NCBI GenBank assembly: GCA_963789945.1
Contig: CAWBMN010000018.1
Coordinates: forward strand, 213,542-277,541
Length of the DNA stretch: 64,000 bases
Origin: an uncultured beta proteobacterium
Lineage (GTDB): Bacteria; Pseudomonadota; Gammaproteobacteria; Burkholderiales; JACQAP01
Direction of reading: 5' to 3'
The notes under the pieces are model-generated. The model saw nothing but the letters and a program-made list of their open reading frames with translations. It made no database searches and was not told the origin of the DNA. A program made the translations under genes and the position numbers. Position 1 is the stretch's first letter. Each line of letters starts with the position of its first letter. Positions 43,362 through 52,827 of this stretch are shown piece after piece.

Positions 43362-43930
43362 CTAGGGAAGCTCTGATCAAGTTCCGCGACGCGCGTTGCG
43401 CCAGGTGCGGATGACTGCTAGGGACGCCGGAGCGTGGAAGAGGGGCCCCTGGGGATCTGACCGCGTAGGCGTCCCGACGAGTGCACATGATCGGCGTGCG
43501 ATGCGAGCGACTCCGGGTCGCATCCCCGGGCCAAGGCCAGCGGAACCTGCTCCGCCTACGCGCTCGCGCTCCGCAGATGCGGCTGAAGCCCCAGCAAGGA
43601 GCGTAACAACGCAGGCGCCGCACCTGGCGCAACCCAATGACATTTCGACTCTTTAGAGGGACCGGGCGATTCGGGCCGCGTGCCGCAGCGCAGAACAGGG
43701 GCCCCTCCGGGATGTGACCGCGGAGGCACGCACAAGCACGCGCACATTCGGCACGATGCATCACGCTCTGGGTCGCATCCAAGCACACGACGCTTGGAAC
43801 CTGCTCCGCCCTGAGCGGGCGCTCTGCGTCGGCTCCTCCTTATGTAGGCCGGCTACACGGCGTCCTAGCAGTCATCCGCGACCTGGTCGCCTCGATCGCG
43901 CGTCGCGGAACTTGATCAGAGCTTCCCTAG
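43362..43930. mobile_element. non-autonomous element (MITE) with IS5-family-like termini
   Basis: Terminal inverted repeats of about 67-72 nt: 43362-43428 (ctagGGAAGCTCTGATCAAGTTCCGCGACGCGCG...GGATGACTGCTAGG) versus 43859-43930. CTAG is present at both outer ends. No transposase ORF lies inside. There is an internal imperfect direct repeat of about 155 nt. Confidence 0.5.
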
Positions 43931-43996
43931 GTACGTTGCGATATTGCCAGTGGCCGCTACGCTATAATTCGCCGCTCCCGCAATTGCGCTCAGCAA

Positions 43997-46820
43997 ATGG
44001 AACTCGCCAAGAGCTTCGAACCCAGGGACATTGAAGTCCGCTGGTATCCGGTCTGGGAATCACGCGGTTACTTCTCGACCCGCCCGGACCACGATCGCCC
44101 CACCTACTGCATTCAACTGCCGCCGCCGAACGTCACCGGCACGCTGCACATGGGACACGCGTTCCAGCAGACGCTGATGGACGCACTGATCCGCTACCAC
44201 CGCATGCGCGGTCTTAACACCAATTGGGTGGTCGGGACCGATCACGCTGGCATTGCCACCCAGATCGTGGTCGAGCGCCAGTTGGAGTTGGAGGGCAAGA
44301 CCCGCCACGATCTGGGCCGGGAAGAGTTCATGGAACGTGTTTGGGAGTGGAAGAGCCAGTCCGGCGCAACCATCATCCGGCAGATGCGCCGGCTCGGCGC
44401 CTCCGCGAACTGGGACTACGCCGACACGGAAGGCCAGCGCGCCGGCTACTTCACCATGGACGCGAAAATGTCGCACGCGGTGATCGAGGTTTTTGTGCGC
44501 CTGCACGAGCAGGGCTTGATCTATCGGGGAAAGCGGCTGGTGAACTGGGACCCGGTTCTGGGAACGGCGGTCTCCGACCTGGAAGTGGACAGCGAAGAGG
44601 AAGACGGCCGGATCTGGGAGATCCGCTATCCGCTGGCTGATGGATCAGGCAGCCTGGTGGTCGCCACCACCCGTCCGGAAACGATGCTCGGCGACGTGGC
44701 CGTGGCGGTGCACCCGGATGACGAGCGGTACAAGAAACTGGTTGGCAAACAACTGCGGCTGCCGCTCACCGACAGAACCATACCGGTTATCGCGGACGGG
44801 TACGTGGACCCCGAGTTCGGCACAGGCTGCGTCAAGATCACGCCCGCCCATGATTTCAACGACTATGCGATGGGACAGCGACATGGTTTGTCGCCGATTG
44901 GCGTGATGACGCTGGACGCGAGAATGAACGACAACGCTCCGGCACCCTACCGCGGGCTCGACCGCTTCGAAGCGCGCAAGCGCGTGATCGTGGACCTGAA
45001 CAAGCAGGAACTGCTGGTCTCGGAGAAGCCGCACAAACTCAAGGTGCCGCGATCGGGACGCACCAGCGCGATCGTCGAACCGATGCTGACCGACCAGTGG
45101 TTCGTGAAAATGGAAGGGCTGGCCCGGCACGGCCTGGACGCGGTCGCCGAGGGCAGCATCAAGTTTTTTCCTGACCACTGGACCACGACTTATAACCACT
45201 GGCTGGAGAATATCCAGGATTGGTGCATTTCACGCCAGCTCTGGTGGGGCCACCAGATCCCGGCCTGGTACGACGATGCCGGCAACGTATATGTAGGCCG
45301 GAGCGAGGCAGAGATTCGGGAGAAGTACGCCTCTCTCCTCTCTCCTCACTCCTCACTGCGTCGCGACAGCGACGTCCTCGACACCTGGTTCTCCTCGGCG
45401 TTGGTGCCGTTCACGTCGCTCGGCTGGCCGGAGAAAACCAAGGACCTGGACGTCTTTCTTCCCTCCTCGGTGCTGGTCACCGGGTTCGACATCATTTTTT
45501 TCTGGGTCGCGCGCATGGTCATGATGACCCTGCACTTCACCGGCAAAGTGCCGTTTCGACACGTCTATATCAACGCACTCGTGCGCGATGCCGACGGCCA
45601 GAAAATGTCGAAGTCGAAGGGAAACACGCTCGACCCGCTCGACCTGATCGACGGCATCTCGATCGAAGACTTGGTGGCCAAATCGACAGTGGGATTGCTG
45701 CGTGCCGAGCACAGGCAGAAGATCGAAAAGTACGTGCGCAGAAACTATCCGAACGGCATTCCGGCATTCGGCGCCGACGCACTCCGCTTCACCTTTACCT
45801 CGCTCGCCACATTCGCGCGAACGCTCAATTTCGATCTGAGCCGCTGCGAGGGCTACCGCAACTTCTGCAACAAACTGTGGAACGCCAGCCGTTTCGTGCT
45901 GATGAATTGCGAGGGCAAGGACTGCGGGCTCGATGAGCATGCCCCGGAGGATTGCGGCCCCGGGAGTTACCTCGACTTTTCCCAGGCCGACCGCTGGATC
46001 GTCAGCCAGTTGCAGCGCACCGAGGCAGAAGTCGGTAAAGGCTTTGCCGACTACCGCTTCGACAATGTCGCCAGCGCCATCTACAGGTTCGTCTGGGACG
46101 AGTACTGCGACTGGTACCTCGAGATCGCGAAAGTGCAGTTGCTGAATCGGCGCCGAGGCGCAGCAGCGCGCCACGCGGCGCACGCTGCTGCGGGTGCTGG
46201 AAGCCACGTTGCGGCTCGCACACCCGGTCATCCCGTTCATCACCGAGGAACTTTGGCAGAATGTTGCGCCGCTGGCCGGCCGCCATCCGGGCGGCGAGGC
46301 CTCGATCATGGTTCAATCCTATCCGGTATCGCAGCCCGAGCGTATCGACACAAAGGCGGAAGCCTGGGTCGCCCAGCTCAAATCATTGGTCGAGGCCTGC
46401 CGCGCGTTGCGCGGCGAAATGTCGCTTTCCCCGGCGCAGCGGGTGCCGTTGGTCGCCGCCGGGAACGCGGCCATGTTGCGCGAGTTCGCCCCCTGCCTGA
46501 AGGTGCTGGCGAAGCTTTCTGACGTCGAAGTCGTCGACGCGCTGGCACCGACAACGAATGCCGGCGCCGCGCCGGTGCGGATCGTCGGCGACTTTCGTCT
46601 GATGCTGAAGATCGAGGTAGACGTCGCTGCCGAGCGAGAGCGCCTACACAAAGAGATTGCGCGGCTCGAAAGCGAAATCGCCAAAGCTAGCAGCAAGCTC
46701 GCCAACGCCGGTTTCGTGGAGCGCGCACCGGCAAACGTCGTCGCCCAGGAAAAAGAGCGGTTGTCCGGCTTCACCGGCACGCTGGAGAAAATCAGGGCGC
46801 AACTCGCCACGCTTACCTGA
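43997..46820 (+). pseudogene. valS: valine--tRNA ligase with a broken reading frame near the C-terminal domain
   Basis: The HIGH (TGTLHMGHA) and KMSKS motifs are present. After ...[11 protein letters not shown] the track ORF turns into Arg/Ala nonsense. The true continuation, [36 protein letters not shown]...coiled coil, is in ORF 46194..46820. The frames switch at about 46148. Confidence 0.85.
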
Positions 46821-46838
46821 GCCACTCCAAAAACAACA

Positions 46839-47378
46839 CTCACCACGAAGGCACGAAGAACACGAAGAAACACGAAGAAGAACAGGAATCCTTAAATTAG
46901 AGGCCAACCGTTGAACGTGTCTTCACCGCTGTCGAGGGAAATCGAGGAATTGTCTCGAAATCTGGTCGATTCTGCGTTTAAAGTCCACCAGACTCTTGGC
47001 CCAGGCTTGCTTGAATCGGTCTACGAAGCCTGCCTGTGTGTAGAACTTAAGAAACGAGGCATCAGATACAAGTCTCAGGCACCGATACCTCTCGTCTATG
47101 AAGGTGTCTCTATCGAAGCAGGATTGCGTCTCGATCTGCTTGTCGAGGGCAGCATTGTTCTCGAAATCAAATCAGTCGAGAGGCTGTTGCCGGTTCATCA
47201 AAGTCAGTTGTTGACGTACTTGAAACTTGCCGATTTGCACTTGGGCTTGCTCATCAATTTCAATGTTGCCATGTTCAAGCAAGGCGTGCGACGGATCATT
47301 CGCTGAGCAATGCCATCGCTCTTCGTTCTCTTTGCTTTTCTTCGTGTTTCTTCGTGTTCTTCGTGCCTTCGTGGTGAG
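46839..47378. mobile_element. hairpin cassette H (CACGAAG-type arms) carrying an intact GxxExxY ORF
   Basis: The left arm 46839-46880 and right arm 47337-47378 are complementary at 41 of 42 positions by hand count. It lies between the valS stop and the MFS start. Confidence 0.9.
46911..47306 (+). CDS. GxxExxY protein (PD-(D/E)XK nuclease-like)
   Basis: FKVHQTLGPGLLESVYEACL contains GxxExxY. RLDLLVEGSIVLEIKSV fits D...ExK. QLLTYLKLADLHLGLLINF is the family C-terminus. The gene is AT-richer than its surroundings. Confidence 0.85.
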   Translation: MNVSSPLSREIEELSRNLVDSAFKVHQTLGPGLLESVYEACLCVELKKRGIRYKSQAPIPLVYEGVSIEAGLRLDLLVEGSIVLEIKSVERLLPVHQSQLLTYLKLADLHLGLLINFNVAMFKQGVRRIIR

Positions 47379-47395
47379 AATTTTGGTTTTCGCGC

Positions 47396-48640
47396 ATGAA
47401 CCATGCTTTAAGGGCGTTCAGGCACCGGAACTTCCGCCTGTTTTATGTCGGCCAGGCAATTTCGCTGATCGGCACCTGGATCCATCAGATTGCACTCGCC
47501 TGGCTGGTGTACCGCACCACCGGCTCCGGCTTCCTGCTGGGGCTGGTCACTTTCTGCAACCAGGTTCCGCTGCTTGTCGTCATGCCGTTTGCGGGCCTGC
47601 TCAGCGACCGCTACGACCGGCGCAGGATTCTTATCATCGCGCATGCGCTGGCGGCGCTGCAGGCGCTGGCGCTGGGCATCCTCACGCTGTCGGGCGCAAT
47701 CCAGACGTGGCAGATTCTGCTGCTCGGACTCCTGTACGGCGTCATCATGGCTTTCGAAACACCGGCCCGGCAGTCGCTCATCAGCCAGATGGTTGCATCC
47801 AGGGAGGATCTGCCCAATGCCATCGCGCTGAACTCATTCCTGATGAACAGCGGCAGACTGGTCGGCCCGTCGATCGCGGGTCTGCTGCTGGTGTTCGTGA
47901 GCGAAGGCTGGTGCTTTCTCGTCAACGCGGTGAGCTTCTTCGCGGTAATCGTAGCGGCAGTCATGATGAAGCTGGAGCCGAGAAAAGTGGCAACCAGAAC
48001 CGTATCGCTGCTTGCGGGGCTGAGCGAGGCGGCGGGCTATGCGTGGAACGCGCGCCCCATCAGGGTGTTCCTGTTGCTGGTGGCATGGCTGAGCCTGACG
48101 GCGACACCGTATCCGGTGCTGATGCCGATTTTCGCGAAGGACGTGTTCCACGGCGGCGCGCATACCCTGGGTTTTCTGGTCGGCTGCGCAGGTCTCGGTG
48201 CCGTGATCGGCACCGGGTTCCTTGCCACGCGGCCGAACGTGCTGGGATTGAGCAAATTGATCGCGGCGACCTCGGCGACGGCCGGCATAGCGCTGTTCCT
48301 GGTCGGGGTATCGAAGATCTACTGGCTGTCGCTGTTGCTGATGGCCTGCCTGGGATTCGGCATCATCGTCACCGCCGCTTCGGTGAACATGATGCTGCAG
48401 ACCATGGTGGAGGAGGACAAGCGCGGACGGGTCGTCAGTTTCTACGCGATGGCCTTCCTGGGCGTGGCGCCGTTCGGTGGATTGATGGCCGGCGCGCTGG
48501 CCAGCCACATCGGCGCACCGGCGACCGCGATGATCAGCGGCGGTTGCTGCCTGCTGGGCGCGTTACTGCTTTCCCGCCACCTGCCCGCCATTCGCACCGA
48601 CCTGCATCGCGCTCTGATCCGATTGCCAGATGAAACTTGA
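47396..48640 (+). CDS. MFS transporter
   Basis: 414 aa, about 12 hydrophobic segments, and an N-terminal FRHRNFRLFYVGQAISLIGTW motif typical of MFS_3-type exporters. Confidence 0.85.
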   Translation: MNHALRAFRHRNFRLFYVGQAISLIGTWIHQIALAWLVYRTTGSGFLLGLVTFCNQVPLLVVMPFAGLLSDRYDRRRILIIAHALAALQALALGILTLSGAIQTWQILLLGLLYGVIMAFETPARQSLISQMVASREDLPNAIALNSFLMNSGRLVGPSIAGLLLVFVSEGWCFLVNAVSFFAVIVAAVMMKLEPRKVATRTVSLLAGLSEAAGYAWNARPIRVFLLLVAWLSLTATPYPVLMPIFAKDVFHGGAHTLGFLVGCAGLGAVIGTGFLATRPNVLGLSKLIAATSATAGIALFLVGVSKIYWLSLLLMACLGFGIIVTAASVNMMLQTMVEEDKRGRVVSFYAMAFLGVAPFGGLMAGALASHIGAPATAMISGGCCLLGALLLSRHLPAIRTDLHRALIRLPDET

Positions 48641-48651
48641 AAAACGCAAAT

Positions 48652-48856
48652 TTCACCACGAAGGCACGAAGACACGAAGAAAATTCGGAAGAATGATTTC
48701 TGCAGCGGGCCGATGTCGAAATCAGCCGGATAACGGACCTTATCCAACCCCTTCAGATTGTGCCCTTTGCCGCCTTGTCTTTCTTCGTGTCTTCGTGTCT
48801 TCGTGGTGAGACTTTGACTTTTCGTCTTGCGGATGGCTTCGTGCCTTCGTGGTGCG
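48652..48856. repeat. hairpin cassette I (CACGAAG-type arms) with an extra outer terminus
   Basis: Left arm 48652-48683 and right arm 48778-48810. A 46-nt extension (48811-48856) ends in a second cttcgtggtgcg terminus. Confidence 0.85.
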
Positions 48857-48871
48857 CACTTGTTCTTCTGC

Positions 48872-48900
48872 AAAAAAACGGGCGCCCGAAGGCGCCCGTC
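48872..48900 (-). terminator. rho-independent terminator after the porin gene
   Basis: The minus strand reads GACGGGCGCC-ttcg-GGCGCCCGTTTTTTTG. Confidence 0.75.
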
Positions 48901-48938
48901 ATTGCGATTGCTCGATCAGCCTTGCGGCCGCGCGAGAA

Positions 48939-50072
48939 TTAGAACGTGTGCTTCATGCCGACCGTGACGGCCATGTGGTCGGAGCCGTTGAAGCCGGTCG
49001 AGCCGGTGCCTGCGCCGATACCGTAGGCGGCGTTGTCATCGTTGCTGATCTGCGTGCCGACCACGTACAACTGCGATTGCTTGGACAGGTTGTGGAAGTA
49101 GCCCAACCCGATCATCATCGCTTCGGAATTGGGGAGATCCCCGCCCGGGGTCCCAAGCTTACCGGCCATGCCGACTTCGGCACCGAAATAGCCGCCCGGC
49201 AGGGTCCACTTCACGCCGGCCCACATGTGGTCACGCTCGAATTTGCCGGCTCCTGAAGAGAGATCCCACTCGAGCTGCTCCATGCGAGCGGTAATCAGGA
49301 AGGAGCCAAGCGTGATACCGCCACCAAGTGACATCCCAGTCGCATCGTGCTGGCCAAATTGGATGCTTGCCGCGTCCTCGTGAGTCTCATAACCGACGTT
49401 GACGAAGAATATCCCGCCCTCGGGCTTGAACTGCACGCCCGCCGAGGTAACTACCGGGTTCGTCGCTCCGTTGTCAAATGCGCTCAGGGTACGGTCGACC
49501 TCGAAAGTGAAGCCGCCGAAGTTCGGGCTGTTGTACCAGATGGTGTGGCTGGTACGGCGCCAGAAGCTGGCGTTGTCGGAAGCTTGGCCGTTACCGACGT
49601 CGAACCATCCACCGCCATGAACGCCGGTCTGGCCGAGCATCTGGATGTTGCCGCCAATGCCCATTGCGCCGTCGAGCGGATCGGACTCGTAAGCCCAGCG
49701 CTCGTACACGTTTTCGTTGGTGCCCATCTTGAACGAACCCCAGCCGCCTTCGATGCCGAGATAGCTGTTGCGGTTGCTTAACCCGCCGGCACCTGTGTTC
49801 ATGGAACCCACGTCAATCTGAATGTTCAGGATGACCTTGTTGCCGTTGCCGATATCATCGACCGACGATATGTTCACGTTCGAATAGTTGGTCGCCAGGC
49901 TCTGACGGCCGACCCCGGTTACCACAACTGGGAATGTTGCGGTAGGCACCGAGTCATCCGAATCGATATGAGCGATGCCGATATTGACGGCGCCGCTGAT
50001 CGTCACATCGGCCATCGCGGCCGGTGCGACGAACAAGCCCGCCACCGCTGCTGCAATAAGACTCTTCTTCAT
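48939..50072 (-). CDS. outer membrane porin
   Basis: MKKSLIAAAVAGLFVAPAAMA signal peptide, alternating beta-strand pattern, and a C-terminal ...VGMKHTF. The ATG at 50072 lies after AAGGAGA. Confidence 0.85.
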   Translation of the reverse strand: MKKSLIAAAVAGLFVAPAAMADVTISGAVNIGIAHIDSDDSVPTATFPVVVTGVGRQSLATNYSNVNISSVDDIGNGNKVILNIQIDVGSMNTGAGGLSNRNSYLGIEGGWGSFKMGTNENVYERWAYESDPLDGAMGIGGNIQMLGQTGVHGGGWFDVGNGQASDNASFWRRTSHTIWYNSPNFGGFTFEVDRTLSAFDNGATNPVVTSAGVQFKPEGGIFFVNVGYETHEDAASIQFGQHDATGMSLGGGITLGSFLITARMEQLEWDLSSGAGKFERDHMWAGVKWTLPGGYFGAEVGMAGKLGTPGGDLPNSEAMMIGLGYFHNLSKQSQLYVVGTQISNDDNAAYGIGAGTGSTGFNGSDHMAVTVGMKHTF

Positions 50073-50410
50073 GCGATCTCCTTTTCTGATTTGCTTTGAG
50101 CCGGTGAGGCGCGTTAACTCGCCTCCCTGACGGAAGCGCGACTGCGCCCCGCACGATTTAACCTCTCCCGGGAAAGAAGAAGTTGTAGCGATTTTGCCAA
50201 AGTGCAACAGTCTAGAGCAAGCCTTTTCTCTATAAACGACGCGGGTTTCGAGCGTCGTTGTTGCGTGTTTGCAACACCGCAGTGCACAAAAATGGCCTTT
50301 TTGCTCGAAAACGCCTTTTTTAGACAGAACAGGGCGTTATTGAAGATAGCTAATCTATTTTCTGGTGGATGGTTTGAAGGCTGGAATTCCCTCAATCCAT
50401 GAACCGAATT

Positions 50411-50688
50411 TCTCACCACGACGCTACAAAGCCATACGCAAAACGAAAAATCAAAGTCTCACCACGAAGACACGAAGAACACGAAGAAAACCTCAACAAA
50501 AATCCTGAAATTGGGCTTGCGGTGCGGAACACACTATCCACAAGTGTCCAGCAACTGAGAGACCTCGATTGGTGAGCGCTGCGCAATCGGGTTCGCGAGG
50601 GCAGGTAACTCTGTGCATTCCCGCGTTCAATCGATATCGTCTGGCCTTCCTTCGTGTTTCTTCGTGTTCTTCGTGTCTTCGTGGTGAG
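50411..50688. repeat. hairpin cassette J (CACGAAG-type arms) with an extra outer terminus
   Basis: An outer terminus plus 46-nt extension at 50411-50456 is the inverted homologue of 48811-48856. The inner left arm is 50457-50491 and the right arm is 50646-50688. Confidence 0.85.
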
Positions 50689-51503
50689 CTTTATGGTATC
50701 CCCCGTCAGGGTCTTGGCCGAAAAGTTCTGCCAGTGCCACGCCCGGATCGGGCGCGCGCATGAAAGCTTCGCCGACGAGGAACGCATTTACCCCCGCCTC
50801 GCGCATGCGCTTCACATCAGCCGGCGTCACGATCCCGCTTTCGGTAATCACCAGCCGGTCGGAGGGAATGCGCTCGAGCAGCGACAGCGTGGTATCCAAC
50901 CGTGTCTCGAAAGTGCGCAGATTGCGGTTGTTGATGCCGAGCAACGGGGTCTCGAGACGCAACGCGCGATCCAGTTCCGCTGTGTCGTGGACCTCGATCA
51001 GCGTTGACATGCCGAACTCCAATGCCGACTGTTCCAGATCCCTCAGGGTCGCATCGTCGAGAGCGGCCACAATGAGCAGGATGCAGTCGGCGCCCATAGC
51101 CCGCGCTTCGCATACCTGATACGGCTCGACCAGAAAGTCCTTGCGCAGGACCGGCAGACCGCTGGCAGCGCGCGCCTGCACCAGATACTCGGGACTGCCC
51201 ATGAAGAACTGAATGTCGGTGAGCACCGAGAGGCAGGCCGCCCCGTGCTGCGCATACGATCTTCGCAATTGCCACAGGATCGAAGTCGGGCCGCAGCACC
51301 CCCTTGCTCGGGCTGGCCTTCTTGACTTCGGCGATTACGGCCGGAAGTCCGGCAATGATCTTCGTTCGCAGCGCCCCGGTAAAGTCTCGCGTCTTCCCGG
51401 CGCGCTCCGCTTCGGCACGCACCATCGCAAGCGGCCTGCTGCGCTTTGCAGCGGCAACCTCCTCGCGTTTCACCGCAAGAATTTTTTCCAGGATGTCAGA
51501 CAT
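50627..51503 (-). pseudogene. trpC: indole-3-glycerol phosphate synthase with a broken reading frame and an arm-encoded tail
   Basis: The N-terminus ([16 protein letters not shown]...[13 protein letters not shown]) is in ORF 50817..51503. The rest ([15 protein letters not shown]...[10 protein letters not shown]...) is in ORF 50627..51268. The switch is at about 51259-51263. The C-terminus reads into cassette J (..[13 protein letters not shown]..). Confidence 0.85.
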
Positions 51504-51525
51504 TGAGCGGTTACAGAATCACAAA

Positions 51526-51716
51526 TCTCACCACGAAGGCACGAAGACACGAAGAAAAGCGGCAAATGACATTTGTTCAAGGCCTTTGCCCACATGAAAC
51601 TTGAACGTGTCGAAAACAACGAGATGTCCGGAAATATCGATTGTTGTTTGGGTACCGCGAAGTCCATTCTTTCTTCACGTCGAAAGCCTTCTCGTCTTCG
51701 TGTCTTCGTGGTTAAC
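51526..51716. repeat. hairpin cassette K (CACGAAG-type arms)
   Basis: Left arm tctcaccacgaaggcacgaagacacgaagaaaa (51526-58). The right arm, 51667-51716, is partly degenerate and ends in cttcgtggttaac. It sits in the trpD / trpC junction. Confidence 0.85.
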
Positions 51717-51732
51717 GTCATGTTTGCAGATA

Positions 51733-52759
51733 TCACGCCTTCAGTTTCTGGGTGAAGGCGATGAACTGGTCGAGCTTGGCTTTCGCGGCGCCGCTGGAAA
51801 TGACTTCAAGCGCCTTCTGCACGCCGGCTTCGTGGCTGTCCGCAATACCGGCTGCATAGATTGCCGCGCCGGCATTGAGCGCCACGATGTCGCGCGCCGG
51901 GCCGGGCTTGTTCGATAGCGCTGCAACGAGCATGTCCCTGGACTCAGCGCCGTCTTTGACCTGAATCCCGGAAAGATCGCTGGTTTGCATACCGAACTGT
52001 CTTGGGTGAATCGTGTACTCGCGCACTTCATCGTTCTTGAGTTCGCCGACCAGCGTTTCGCCGGCCACCGAGATCTCGTCCAGCCCCTCCGTGCCGTAAA
52101 CCACCAGGACATGGCGGCTGCCCAGCCGCTGCAATACCCGCGCCTGGATACCAACGAGGTCGGGGTGGAACACGCCCATGAGCTGGTTCCGGGCTCCGGC
52201 CGGATTGGTGAGGGGCCCGAGGATGTTGAACAGGGTGCGCACGCCCAACTCGCGCCGAACCGGTGCCGCATGCTTCATCGCGCTGTGATGGTTGGGAGCG
52301 AACATGAATCCCACGCCGATCTGGTCGATGCATTGCGCCACCTGCGCTGGAGTCAGGGCAAGGTTCACGCCCAGCGCCTCGAGCACGTCGGCGCTGCCCG
52401 ATTTGCTGGAAACCGAGCGGCCACCGTGCTTTGCGACCTTTGCGCCGGCCGCTGCCGCGACGAACGCAGCTGCAGTGGAAATATTGAAGGTGTGCGCGCT
52501 GTCGCCACCGGTGCCGCAGGTATCCAGAAGGTGGGCATGGTCGGCCACCTGCACCTTGGTCGAGAACTCGCGCATGACCTGCGCGCGCTGCGGCGATCTC
52601 GCCGATGGTCTCCTTTTTCACCCGCAAACCGATGATGATCGCGGAGATAAGCGTCGGCGACATCTCGCCGTTCATGATCTGGCGCATCAGCGCCAGCATC
52701 TCGTCGTGGAATATCTCGCGATGCTCGATAACCCTTACCAATGCTTCCTGCGGCGTCAT
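51733..52759 (-). pseudogene. trpD: anthranilate phosphoribosyltransferase with a broken reading frame
   Basis: The N-terminal 59 aa ([13 protein letters not shown]...[10 protein letters not shown]) are in ORF 52028..52759. The rest ([18 protein letters not shown]..) is in ORF 51733..52575. The switch lies in the (GC)4 run at 52581-52588. Confidence 0.85.
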
Positions 52760-52827
52760 ACGGTCTCCTGAACACTGTGGCAGATCGCAAAGCGGGGAAA
52801 CTTCATCACAGGACCAAAAGGATATGC

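Noticed and set aside
43362-43930. The long inverted repeats with a structured interior, considered as a retron msr/msd, an integron attC or an sRNA gene.
   Set aside because: There is no reverse transcriptase or integrase nearby. The repeats are far longer than attC or the retron a1/a2. The GGAAG...CAAGT ends with flanking CTAG fit an IS5-type MITE better.
28495-52592. The five frame breaks, considered as programmed ribosomal frameshifts or a deliberate split-gene system.
   Set aside because: I saw no slippery heptamers, downstream pseudoknot candidates or shared sequence context. The sites are a homopolymer, a dinucleotide run or plain sequence. Indel error is the simplest explanation until reads are checked.
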